64,000 nt of DNA from Clostridia bacterium (GTDB lineage: Bacteria; Bacillota; Clostridia; Oscillospirales; CAG-272). Position numbers and translations under genes: made by a program. Where the stretch lies: positions 8,266 to 72,265 of the forward strand of contig JAFQKA010000001.1 of assembly GCA_017397175.1 (NCBI GenBank), written 5' to 3'. The notes beneath the pieces are model-generated. The model was given only the letters and a program-made list of their open reading frames with translations. It was not told the DNA's origin and did no database searches. Of this stretch, positions 55,072-63,765 are shown piece by piece (position 1 is the first letter of the stretch; each line of letters opens with the position of its first letter).

Positions 55072-55105
55072 TTAAGTGTAAAAAACGAAAGGAATGGGAA
55101 AATAT

Positions 55106-55264
55106 ATGAAAAAGCTTACAGCACTTCTTATGGCGATTCTTCTGGCGTTTGGCACAGTTGCCCTTACATCTTGCGATGACGAGAAGGACGAAAAGAAGGA
55201 TAACAAAAAGGACGATATCGAAATAGTTGACAACAAGGGCTGGAGCCCCTCTTTCAAGCCCTGA
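55106..55264 (+). CDS. Small lipoprotein (52 aa), below the ORF-track length cutoff
   Basis: MKKLTALLMAILLAFGTVALTSC-DDEKDEKKDNKKDDIEIVDNKGWSPSFKP. It has a classic signal peptide and lipobox (LTSC). The stop is at 55262-55264, one base before the cdd ATG. Confidence 0.55.
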   Translation: MKKLTALLMAILLAFGTVALTSCDDEKDEKKDNKKDDIEIVDNKGWSPSFKP

Positions 55265-55265
55265 T

Positions 55266-55661
55266 ATGGACAAAGTCTGGCAAGAAATGTACGATGCCGC
55301 AAAGTCGGTTTTGTGCGAGCGCAGAATTTCCGATTACGTGACCTGCGGCGAGGTTTCGGCGGCGGTCCGATCAAAATCGGGCAGGATATATACGGGCGTG
55401 TGTGTTGACACCTGCTCGACCCTGGGGATATGCGCTGAAAGAAACGCCATTTTCAACATGATAACGAACGGAGAGCAGGAGATAGACAAGGTGCTATGTA
55501 TCCTGCCCGACGGTTCAAACGGCGCGCCCTGCGGTGCTTGCCGTGAGCTTATGGTGCAGATGATGGCGGGAAAATATCGGGATATAGAAATAATGCTTGA
55601 TATTAAAAGCGGACGGATAGCAAAGCTTGGAGATCTGACCCCCGAATGGTGGATAAAATAA
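55266..55661 (+). CDS. cdd: Cytidine deaminase
   Basis: I moved the start to ATG 55266 (MDKVWQEMY...). 131 aa with the zinc motifs CAERNA and PCGACRE. Confidence 0.9.
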   Translation: MDKVWQEMYDAAKSVLCERRISDYVTCGEVSAAVRSKSGRIYTGVCVDTCSTLGICAERNAIFNMITNGEQEIDKVLCILPDGSNGAPCGACRELMVQMMAGKYRDIEIMLDIKSGRIAKLGDLTPEWWIK

Positions 55662-55691
55662 AAAAAGCAGACCGTGAGGTCTGCTTTTTTT
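55661..55691. terminator. Bidirectional intrinsic terminator
   Basis: AAAAAAGCAGACC-GTGA-GGTCTGCTTTTTTT, between convergent genes. Confidence 0.85.
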
Positions 55692-56688
55692 ATTCAAAAA
55701 ACATTTTGGCATCAAGGGCGGCGGACTGTACGGAATAGAATTCCTTGCCTGTTTTCAGGTATTCGTCCATTTTCAGCAGGCAGGTGGCGACGGCTGTTTC
55801 CTCGTCGGAAAGGCGCGCACAGGGAAACGGCGTGCGGTAAAGCTCCTGTCCGTTGCCCGTTATACGCAGAAGTCCGAGACCGTCAAGATTGCCGTTTTGC
55901 CCAAGCTCCTGCCGTTCAAGCGTGAAGCTGACGGGCAGACCGTCACAAAGATAAGTACAGCGGTCGTTGACTATCTCGCCGTTGGTTCCGCGGACGGTCA
56001 GCTGTCTTGAACGTATATCCGAGAAATACTGAACGCTCTCAAAATCGTAAATGGCGGTCTTTCCGTCAAAACGGAAGATCTTCAGCTTTTCGTCGCTGTC
56101 GATCGGCTCGGGGGTCAAAAAACCTTGACGGGAATTGTATTTTGTTACGCGGTCGGTGATATATGTCGTTTCGATCGCGGGCATCTCTTCACCCGTGCCG
56201 AGAAAATATCGGATAAGGCTTGCCGCGTGGTAATCATGGCAGCAGTACAGACGTGCCGATATGATGTTGCCCAGAATCCCGCTGTCGATAATTGCCTTTA
56301 TCGCCATATTCATGGGCTGAAGATGAAACTGCTCTGCCACCTGAATGCGCCATTGGGGGTCGTATCTGTCAAAAAAGCGTTTTTGGCTTTCATCGTCAAT
56401 ACCCATAGGGGTCTCCATCAGCACGGGAACTCCTTTTTGGCACAGATCGGCGGCTATGTCGATCATACTTGCTTTGTTTACGCAACAGACGATGAAATCA
56501 CAGTCAAGGTCGAGAAGCTCCTCGAGGGTTGAAACCACGTTTACCGAATATTTTTCGGATATGTATTTTGCTTTTTCGGGGTTTCTGGCGCAGATTCCCG
56601 AAACGGCAAATTTATCGGGGCAGAGTGCGGCGATCCGCAGATAAAACTCTGCTCTCCAACCTGCGCCCAAAATTCCGTATTTTATCAT
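55690..56688 (-). CDS. Gfo/Idh/MocA family oxidoreductase
   Basis: 332 aa with an N-terminal Rossmann motif YGILGAGWRAEFY. It overlaps the upstream regulator gene by 4 nt. Confidence 0.75.
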   Translation of the reverse strand: MIKYGILGAGWRAEFYLRIAALCPDKFAVSGICARNPEKAKYISEKYSVNVVSTLEELLDLDCDFIVCCVNKASMIDIAADLCQKGVPVLMETPMGIDDESQKRFFDRYDPQWRIQVAEQFHLQPMNMAIKAIIDSGILGNIISARLYCCHDYHAASLIRYFLGTGEEMPAIETTYITDRVTKYNSRQGFLTPEPIDSDEKLKIFRFDGKTAIYDFESVQYFSDIRSRQLTVRGTNGEIVNDRCTYLCDGLPVSFTLERQELGQNGNLDGLGLLRITGNGQELYRTPFPCARLSDEETAVATCLLKMDEYLKTGKEFYSVQSAALDAKMFFE

Positions 56689-57743
56689 AACTCCTCCGCT
56701 GAGTGAACGTATTTTTTCAGTGTATCAACAAGATCCTGCCTGTCGGCAAAGTCTGATACGGCAAGTATCTTTTTGATTCTGTATTTCAGTGCGTTTTCGG
56801 TGAGAAAACATTCACAGGTCAGTTCCGCGAGCGTTTTTTGCGCCAGAAGACCGCGTATTATGCTGCGGTCGGTGTCGTCGGCGCAATCAAGCAGCTTTTC
56901 GATCGCCATCATTTCGCGTATTTCCTCGTCGCGGTTGAAATCTCCGCCCTCCCAGGTTCGGTCTATTTCGATGGGAGACGTGACGGCAGAGGTATCCGCT
57001 GTATTCCAAGAGACTTTCAGGGAAACTCCCGAAATGTACTTGTGCTTTTGGATCATCTTGTACAGGTGGATAGCCGCCTTTCCAAAAGGCGAATAGTCGA
57101 TATTCAGTGATTTTATGTAAGGGCTGTAATACCGCGAGAGGGTACCGCCCGTTAGGCTGTAGATCGTCAGGCTGTCAAGGCGGTCAGGGGATTTTTGCCT
57201 GAGATTTCGAACCAGAGATACGGCGGCAAGATCGCTTGTGCATATGACCGCCTCGATATCGCCTCCGTTTTCTTCAAAATCGGCAAAGCAGTTTTCAAGA
57301 CTTCCGTCGTAACAGAAAAGTCGGAGCTTGTCGGTCTTGTCCTCGCTGTATGAGAACAGAAGATCTACCTTGCTTATGTCAGAAAGACTGTTGGTGTTCA
57401 CTCCGTAGACGGCGGCAGGCTTGTCCCCGATCTGGGAAAGAAGCTGTTTTATAGAGCCGTAAATATCCGAGGAAACGCTGCTGTAAACGCAACCGGGCAG
57501 ATGCTCGGTGTTGTTGCTTATAAGTATGGGGAAGATGCCCGAGGAGTTGAGACGCTTGATAGTTTTCCTCGTCCAGTTATAGTTTGATGCGATGATGAAC
57601 ACCGCCTCTGCATCTGCGGGAACGCAGTCAAATACTTCACCGAAGGTCATTCGGTTTTTTCTCAGCTGATCTATGAGACTATCGAGGAAATTTCTGCACC
57701 ACACGCTGTCGGTGTAGGTGGGATCGGTAAGTATATATATCAT
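56685..57743 (-). CDS. Transcriptional regulator: periplasmic-binding-protein-like sensor domain plus C-terminal LuxR/GerE-type HTH
   Basis: I moved the start to ATG 57743 (SD GGAGGTG). 352 aa. The C-terminal ~60 aa (RSIIRGLLAQKTLAELTCECFLTENALKYRIKKIL) fit a GerE-type HTH. The N-terminal domain call is from secondary-structure-like periodicity only. Confidence 0.55.
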   Translation of the reverse strand: MIYILTDPTYTDSVWCRNFLDSLIDQLRKNRMTFGEVFDCVPADAEAVFIIASNYNWTRKTIKRLNSSGIFPILISNNTEHLPGCVYSSVSSDIYGSIKQLLSQIGDKPAAVYGVNTNSLSDISKVDLLFSYSEDKTDKLRLFCYDGSLENCFADFEENGGDIEAVICTSDLAAVSLVRNLRQKSPDRLDSLTIYSLTGGTLSRYYSPYIKSLNIDYSPFGKAAIHLYKMIQKHKYISGVSLKVSWNTADTSAVTSPIEIDRTWEGGDFNRDEEIREMMAIEKLLDCADDTDRSIIRGLLAQKTLAELTCECFLTENALKYRIKKILAVSDFADRQDLVDTLKKYVHSAEEL

Positions 57744-57764
57744 TTTCTTCACCTCCTCTCCTAT

Positions 57765-57793
57765 ATTATAATACATACTCGCGGATTTGGCAA
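57765..57793 (-). promoter_or_regulatory. Sigma-A promoter of the regulator-oxidoreductase pair
   Basis: The minus strand reads TTGCCA (57793-57788), 17 nt, TATAAT (57770-57765). Confidence 0.5.
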
Positions 57794-57884
57794 TAAAAAA
57801 ATCATGCAAATTTCAGCAAACTTTTTTGTCTTTCGGAAATTTGAGTGCAGGGGTATAATGAGAACGAAATAAATTCGATTGTCC

Positions 57885-57922
57885 GCTTTTCTCTTTGACA
57901 CCAAAGGCACAAAGAGAAAAGC
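57885..57922 (+). promoter_or_regulatory. Perfect 13-bp inverted repeat in the leader of the DUF5107/TPR gene
   Basis: GCTTTTCTCTTTG (57885-97) / CAAAGAGAAAAGC (57910-22) with a 12-nt loop. It lies between a TATAAT at 57854-59 and the SD GGAGGA at 57938-43, and no U-run follows. Confidence 0.6.
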
Positions 57923-57947
57923 TTGGCAAAAATTATTGGAGGACGAA

Positions 57948-60900
57948 ATGAAGAAGGTAACAGCTGAGAACAAAAAGACCATAATCCCAACCTACGTGCC
58001 CAAAAAGGCACACGACCTGCCCATGTTTTTTGAGAACAAGCCCTACCAGGGCGCATCGGGAAGAATTTATCCCATTCCCTATGCAGACGGTATCACCGAC
58101 GAAAAACAGGACGTGGAATACGACATCTACACCCTTGAAAACGAGTATATCAAGGTTCAGGTGGCACCCGAGCTTGGCGGCAAGATTTTGCGCGGACTTG
58201 ACAAGGTGGGAAATTACGATTTTATTTATTACAACGAGGTGGTAAAGCCTGCGCTTGTTGGTATTGCAGGTCCCTGGATCTCGGGCGGTATCGAGTTCAA
58301 CTGGCCCCAGCACCACCGTCCTACAACTTTTATGCCCCTTGAGGCGGTCTTGGAGGAAAACCGAGACGGCTCAAAGACCGTCTGGACAGGCGAGGTCGAG
58401 GCATTCAACCGCATGAAGGGTATGGCGGGCATCACCGTTGACGAGGGCAGAAGCTACATAAAGGCGAAGGTCAGAGTTTACAACCGCACCGCACTTCCTC
58501 AGATATTCATGTGGTGGGCAAATCTGGCGGTTCCCGTAAACGATGCTTACAGAACCGTTTTCCCGCCCGACTGCGAGTGGGTAAACGACCATGACCGTCG
58601 TGCGGTTCTTGAGTGGCCTATCGCAAAGGGTACCTACAAGACTGCGCGTCCCTACAATTTCGGTGACGGAACCGATCTTTCCCACTACGATGCGGTAAAG
58701 GTTCCTTCCTCTTACCTCATCTCCCAGGGACAGTCCGATATGGATTATATCGCGGGCTACGACACGGGAATTCAGAAGGGTATCGCTACCGTCGCAAACC
58801 ACCACATCTCTCCCGGTAAGAAGATGTGGCACTGGGGTAAGGGTGACTTTGGTGATATGTGGTGCGACAATCTGACCGATGAAAACGGCCCTTACATTGA
58901 GCTGATGACGGGCGTTTACACCGACAACCAGCCCGACTTCACCTGGATCGCTCCTTACGAGACCCGCGAGTTTGAGCAGTATTGGTATCCCATCCGCGAG
59001 ATAGGCGAGATCAAGAATGCAACCATCGACGCGGCTGTGAACGTTGAAAAGAGAGCAGACGGACTTTACTTCGGCTTCAACGTAACCGGCACCTTTGAGA
59101 GTGCAAAGATCGTTGTTACCGACGGCATAAACGAGATATACACAGAGACACTCACTCTCACTCCCGACAAGGCTTATCACAAGACCTTGGCGCAGGAGAT
59201 CTCCGACATTCACAACGTGAAGGTTGCGCTTTATGACGCAAACGGAAAAGAGCTCGTTTCCTACAAGACCTACAAGAGAGGTCAGAAGCAGCCTATCGAG
59301 GTAAGACAGCCCGTAAAGCGCCCCTGTGAGTATGATACGGTCGAAGAGCTTTACATAAACGGCTATCACTTAGAGCAGTACAAGCAGCACAACTACCGTC
59401 CCGAGGACTATTATATGGAAGGTCTTCGCCGCGACGCGGGCGACATTCGTTGCAACACCTCCATGGCGCGTCTTGCTCTGAAGAACGGAAAGTTCTGCGA
59501 GTGCGTAAAATTCTGCGATAAGGCCATTGAGCGCCTGACCTCCAGAAACCAGCACCCCACCGACACCGAGGCGTTCTATCTCAAGGGATTGGCGCTTCAG
59601 TATCTTGGACAGTACAAGGAAAGCTACGATATTCTTTACCGCGCCGCTTGGAACTATGCTCACCGCAGTGCGGCTATGTTCGAGCTTGCTTGTCTTGATT
59701 GCCGCGAAAAGGATTACGTTGCTGCCCTTGAAAAGATAGACGAGTCTATCGGTCTTAACCGCGGTCACACAAAGGCTCAGAACCTCAGAACTGCTATTCT
59801 CCGCGCTCTCGGCTGTGACAAGGCAAAGGAAAACGCCGAGATCAACGTAAAGGACGACCTTCTTGACCTGTTTGCTCTCGTTGAGTATTCGCATTTTGCG
59901 GATTGCTCGGACAAGATCGCGCAATTTGCTCTCAAGAGCGAAAATATTCTTGACGTTGCAAAGGATTATATGAAGGCGGGTCTCTTTGAGGACGCTCTCT
60001 ATGCGCTCTCTCTCGACCGCGGAAATTCTCCTCTCATTGATTATTACAGAGCATATATCAACGCGCAGCTCGGCCGCGAGTTTGTTGCGGACATTAAGGC
60101 TGCTGAGGCGAAGGATACAGGCTATTGCTTCCCCAACGCTCTTGAGGACATCGCTGTTCTTGAATTTGCTATTGCAAGCTCCGCTGCGACAGCAAATGCG
60201 GAATATTATCTCGGCTGTCTCCTCTACGACCGCTTCCGTTACGACGATGCGGCAGAGCATTGGAACGCTTCCGTTACAAAGGACGGCGCTCACGGCAAGT
60301 CCTGGAGAAACCTGTCACTTTACTACTTCGACAAGAAGAAAGACGGCGAGCGTGCAAAATACTGCATGGAAAAGGCACTTGAGTTCAAGGGCGACGACCC
60401 CAGACTCCTGCTTGAATACGAGCAGCTGCTCAAAAATATGAATTACTCTATTGAAGACCGTCTTGCAATTTACGACAAGTATCCCGAGCTTCTCGCCGAG
60501 CGCGACGACTGTTATCTTGACCGTCTGACTCTCCTTTCCCAGCAGGGCAAGTATGAGGAGGCTATCAACATGGCGGCGGTGAAGCGCTTCCACATCTACG
60601 AGGGCGGCGAGGGCAAGCTCACAAAGCAGCATGCCTGGATGCACGTTCTCTACGGTAAGGAATTGACCGAGAGTGGTGATGCTCAGAAGGCCGAGAAGAT
60701 CTTCATGAACGGCATTAATATGCCCAAGTCCTACGGTGAGGCAAAGACCTTCTTCAATCAGGAGGCGCACATCTACTTCTACCTTGGCAAGCTTTACGAG
60801 GCGCAGGGTAAGGCCGAGGATGCAAAGAAGGCTTACACCGAGGCGGCTGTCTACAAGGCAGCGGTTTCCGAGATATCCCTCTTCCGCGCACTTGCTTTGC

Positions 60901-61193
60901 GCGAGCTTGGACAGAATCTTGAAGCCGAGGCTGTGCTTGACGAAATGCTTGAGAGTGCCGAGAATTCTATCAAGAATTGCGATATGCGCTCTTATTACGG
61001 AGTAGGTTCTCCCAGCCCCATGCCCTTCGAGCTTGACGTTGAGAAGCTGAATCTGATGAACGGTTACACACTTAAGGCTTTCGCGCTTTACGGCAAGTGT
61101 GATTACCTTGGCGCAGAGCTTGCTATCCGCGAGGCGGCAAAGCTCGATCCCAACGATTTCAGAATCCATGCATACAAGCAGATAAGCAAATAA
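57948..61193 (+). CDS. Large DUF5107-like N-terminal domain protein with C-terminal TPR repeats
   Basis: I moved the start to ATG 57948. 1081 aa with no signal peptide. The N-terminal pattern (PMFFENKPYQGASGRIYPIPY...GGIEFNWPQHHRP) is what I recall for DUF5107. The C-terminal ~600 aa are TPR-like helical repeats. Confidence 0.6.
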   Translation: MKKVTAENKKTIIPTYVPKKAHDLPMFFENKPYQGASGRIYPIPYADGITDEKQDVEYDIYTLENEYIKVQVAPELGGKILRGLDKVGNYDFIYYNEVVKPALVGIAGPWISGGIEFNWPQHHRPTTFMPLEAVLEENRDGSKTVWTGEVEAFNRMKGMAGITVDEGRSYIKAKVRVYNRTALPQIFMWWANLAVPVNDAYRTVFPPDCEWVNDHDRRAVLEWPIAKGTYKTARPYNFGDGTDLSHYDAVKVPSSYLISQGQSDMDYIAGYDTGIQKGIATVANHHISPGKKMWHWGKGDFGDMWCDNLTDENGPYIELMTGVYTDNQPDFTWIAPYETREFEQYWYPIREIGEIKNATIDAAVNVEKRADGLYFGFNVTGTFESAKIVVTDGINEIYTETLTLTPDKAYHKTLAQEISDIHNVKVALYDANGKELVSYKTYKRGQKQPIEVRQPVKRPCEYDTVEELYINGYHLEQYKQHNYRPEDYYMEGLRRDAGDIRCNTSMARLALKNGKFCECVKFCDKAIERLTSRNQHPTDTEAFYLKGLALQYLGQYKESYDILYRAAWNYAHRSAAMFELACLDCREKDYVAALEKIDESIGLNRGHTKAQNLRTAILRALGCDKAKENAEINVKDDLLDLFALVEYSHFADCSDKIAQFALKSENILDVAKDYMKAGLFEDALYALSLDRGNSPLIDYYRAYINAQLGREFVADIKAAEAKDTGYCFPNALEDIAVLEFAIASSAATANAEYYLGCLLYDRFRYDDAAEHWNASVTKDGAHGKSWRNLSLYYFDKKKDGERAKYCMEKALEFKGDDPRLLLEYEQLLKNMNYSIEDRLAIYDKYPELLAERDDCYLDRLTLLSQQGKYEEAINMAAVKRFHIYEGGEGKLTKQHAWMHVLYGKELTESGDAQKAEKIFMNGINMPKSYGEAKTFFNQEAHIYFYLGKLYEAQGKAEDAKKAYTEAAVYKAAVSEISLFRALALRELGQNLEAEAVLDEMLESAENSIKNCDMRSYYGVGSPSPMPFELDVEKLNLMNGYTLKAFALYGKCDYLGAELAIREAAKLDPNDFRIHAYKQISK

Positions 61194-61200
61194 AACAACA

Positions 61201-61224
61201 AAGGGAGCTTTTCGAAGCTCCCTT
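61201..61224. terminator. Terminator hairpin 1 between convergent genes
   Basis: AAGGGAGCTT-TTCG-AAGCTCCCTT. Confidence 0.7.
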
Positions 61225-61235
61225 TATTCATAATA

Positions 61236-61261
61236 AAACGGCGGTCGGAGACCGCCGTTTT
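61236..61261. terminator. Terminator hairpin 2 between convergent genes
   Basis: AAAACGGCGGTC-GGAG-ACCGCCGTTTT. Confidence 0.8.
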
Positions 61262-61276
61262 ATTTGGTTTATTTAA

Positions 61277-62638
61277 TTACTCGGACTTTCTGCCCTTGGA
61301 AAGAATAATGTTTACGATGATACCGAGAATAAGTGCGCAAGCAATGTTGGTAATGTAAACCTTACCTATAGCCATAGCCATGCCGCCGATGCCGGGGATA
61401 AGGATAGCGGATACGGTAAAGAGGTTTGCGTTGTCCTCAAGGTCGACCTTCTGGATCATCTTGAGACCGGAAACCGCGATAAAGCCGTAGAGTGTTACGC
61501 ATACGCCACCCATTACGCAGCCGGGGATGGAATCAAGGAATGCAACGAAGGGAGATATGAAGGAAACGAGAATTGTCATGATAGCGGCGGTAGTGATAGT
61601 GACGATAGAAGCGTTCTTGGTGATAGCTACGCAACCAACAGACTCACCGTAGGTGGTGTTGGGGCAACCGCCGAAAAATGCGCCCACTATGGAACCAACG
61701 CCGTCACCGAGAAGGGTTCTGTGGAGACCGGGATCCTCAAGAAGATCAGAATCAATGATAGAGGAGAGATTCTTGTGGTCAGCGATATGCTCAGCAAATA
61801 CAACGAATGCAACGGGAATATATGCAACTGCAACCGTTGCAAGATAGGAAACGTTGAAGTCGCCTATACCCTTAAAGGCTTCAAGGAAAGAGAAGTCGGG
61901 GAGAGAAATGAAGGTGCTTAAATTTACACCGTTAGCAACGAGAGCCTTGAAGGGAGTGAAGTCGATGACCTGCGAAACACCTGTAAGGGTGAAGACCAGA
62001 GCCACAGCGTAACCAGCCAGAACGCCGATGATAAAGGGAATGAGCTTTGCCATCTTCTTACCGAATACTGAGCAGAGAATTACAACGGCAAAAGTAACGA
62101 TGGCACAGATGAAGGAAACCCAGATGTCGGTGGTCATAACAAAGTAGCTTGAAACACCGTATGTTACCTTCTCTCCGTATGAGAACACGTCATTGATAGC
62201 CGCACCCGCAAGGGAAAGGCCTATGAGAGCAACCGTGGGACCGATAACAGCGGCAGGCATCAGCTTGCCAATCCATTTTACGCCTGCAAATTTAACTACG
62301 ATAGCGATAATTACGTAAATAAGACCTGCGGAAGCCGCACCAATGAGAAGTCCGAGATAACCGAGGGACATAGATGTTGCGCCTGCAAATGCGGCAACCA
62401 TAGAGCCTATAAAAGCAAATGAGGAGCCGAGGAAAACGGGGCTTCTGAATTTTGTGAAGAGCTGGTAAACGATAGTACCTACGCCTGCGCCAAAAAGTGC
62501 CGCAGAAGCTGTCATGCCGTTACCGACAATTGCGGGAACAGCGATTGTAGCAGCCATGATCGCCAGCACTTGCTGGAACGCGAAGATCAAAAGCTGACCG
62601 AATTTGGGTTTGTCTTTTACACCGTAGACAAGTTTCAT
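61277..62638 (-). CDS. NCS2-family nucleobase:cation symporter (uracil/xanthine permease-like)
   Basis: 453 aa with about 13-14 TM segments and an N-terminal pattern QLLIFAFQQVLAIMAATIAVP typical of the family. The substrate is not assignable from sequence alone. Confidence 0.8.
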   Translation of the reverse strand: MKLVYGVKDKPKFGQLLIFAFQQVLAIMAATIAVPAIVGNGMTASAALFGAGVGTIVYQLFTKFRSPVFLGSSFAFIGSMVAAFAGATSMSLGYLGLLIGAASAGLIYVIIAIVVKFAGVKWIGKLMPAAVIGPTVALIGLSLAGAAINDVFSYGEKVTYGVSSYFVMTTDIWVSFICAIVTFAVVILCSVFGKKMAKLIPFIIGVLAGYAVALVFTLTGVSQVIDFTPFKALVANGVNLSTFISLPDFSFLEAFKGIGDFNVSYLATVAVAYIPVAFVVFAEHIADHKNLSSIIDSDLLEDPGLHRTLLGDGVGSIVGAFFGGCPNTTYGESVGCVAITKNASIVTITTAAIMTILVSFISPFVAFLDSIPGCVMGGVCVTLYGFIAVSGLKMIQKVDLEDNANLFTVSAILIPGIGGMAMAIGKVYITNIACALILGIIVNIILSKGRKSE

Positions 62639-62696
62639 TTTATTTCGTCCTTTCTCGTGTCGGACTCATCTTGCAGTTCCGACACATATCAACATT

Positions 62697-62725
62697 ATTT
62701 TATCACGCAACGGCATTTTTGTAAA
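62697..62725 (-). promoter_or_regulatory. Candidate sigma-A promoter of the nucleobase permease gene
   Basis: The minus strand reads TTTACA (62725-62720), 17 nt, TAAAAT (62702-62697). Confidence 0.45.
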
Positions 62726-62834
62726 GGAAAAAAGCACTTTTTTGCCCTTGCCAAAAGATAGAAAAAACGCGTTAAAATTTGTTGATTTGTTACAAAATCC
62801 AAAATTTATTCACAAAATAGGTTAAAAATCTTTG

Positions 62835-62863
62835 TTGACATTCCTGTCGGTCGGATATATAAT
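62835..62863 (+). promoter_or_regulatory. Consensus sigma-A promoter of the RpiR-family regulator gene
   Basis: TTGACA (62835-40), 17 nt, TATAAT (62858-63). The predicted +1 near 62870 rules out the track start at 62869. Confidence 0.65.
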
Positions 62864-62901
62864 GTAAAATGATAAATTTGTTCTTTTGCGTAGGTGCGAA
62901 A

Positions 62902-63765
62902 ATGAAAACAGACATTTTAGGAAGAATAAAGCAGGATTTTACGAGCTATTCCAAAGGACAGAAGCTCATAGCGACCTTCATCCTTGAAAATTACGACAAG
63001 GCTGCTTACATGACGGCAGCAAAAATGGGTGCATTGGTGGGAGTATCCGAGTCTACGGTGGTTCGCTTTGCCACGCAGCTCGGCTATGCAGGTTACCCGG
63101 AATTTCAGCGATCGCTGCAGGAGGTTATCCGCAGTAAGCTGACCTCGGTTCAGAGAATACAGGTGACAAACAGCCGGATCGGTGATGGAGACGTGCTTGA
63201 AAGCGTTCTGACGGCCGACGCGGAAAAGATCCGCAGAACTCTTGAGGGGATAGACAAAGTATCCTTTGACCAGGCGATCAAAAAGATCGTAGACGCGAAA
63301 AATATTTATATTATCGGCGTTCGCTCGTCCTCATCTCTGGCGGGATTTCTGAATTTCAATCTGCGCCTTATTTTCAGCAACGTTCATTTCGTGCAGACCA
63401 CCTCGGGCAGTGAGATGTTCGAGCAGCTCATGCACATGGGAGAGGGGGACGTGATGATAGCCATCAGCTTCCCCAGATACTCAAAGAGGATAATCAACGC
63501 CGTAGAATACGCCCGCAGTGTAAAAGCCGACGTGATCGCGCTTACCGACAGTCCCTCGTCGCCCATTGCCGAATATGCCGATCAGCTATTGACGGCACAG
63601 AGTGACATGGCGTCATTCGTTGATTCGCTTGTGGCACCGCTGAGCATTATCAACGCCATAATCGTCGGCGTTTCGAGAGTAAAAGGAGAGGAGATCAGCC
63701 GGCAGCTTGAAAAGCTGGAGGGGATCTGGGACGAATACGAGGTTTATGACAAATCCGGAAAGTAA
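62902..63765 (+). CDS. MurR/RpiR-family transcriptional regulator (HTH plus SIS domain)
   Basis: I moved the start to ATG 62902. The N-terminal HTH_6 pattern is present ([30 protein letters not shown]), and the C-terminal SIS domain carries IYIIGVRSS. Confidence 0.85.
   Translation: MKTDILGRIKQDFTSYSKGQKLIATFILENYDKAAYMTAAKMGALVGVSESTVVRFATQLGYAGYPEFQRSLQEVIRSKLTSVQRIQVTNSRIGDGDVLESVLTADAEKIRRTLEGIDKVSFDQAIKKIVDAKNIYIIGVRSSSSLAGFLNFNLRLIFSNVHFVQTTSGSEMFEQLMHMGEGDVMIAISFPRYSKRIINAVEYARSVKADVIALTDSPSSPIAEYADQLLTAQSDMASFVDSLVAPLSIINAIIVGVSRVKGEEISRQLEKLEGIWDEYEVYDKSGK

Noticed and set aside
58371-61169. Three consecutive long minus-strand ORFs (332, 307 and 284 aa).
   Set aside because: All are antisense to the single 1081-aa DUF5107/TPR gene and mirror its codon phase. 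Their translations are Val/Leu/Gly-rich, with no motifs or start signals.
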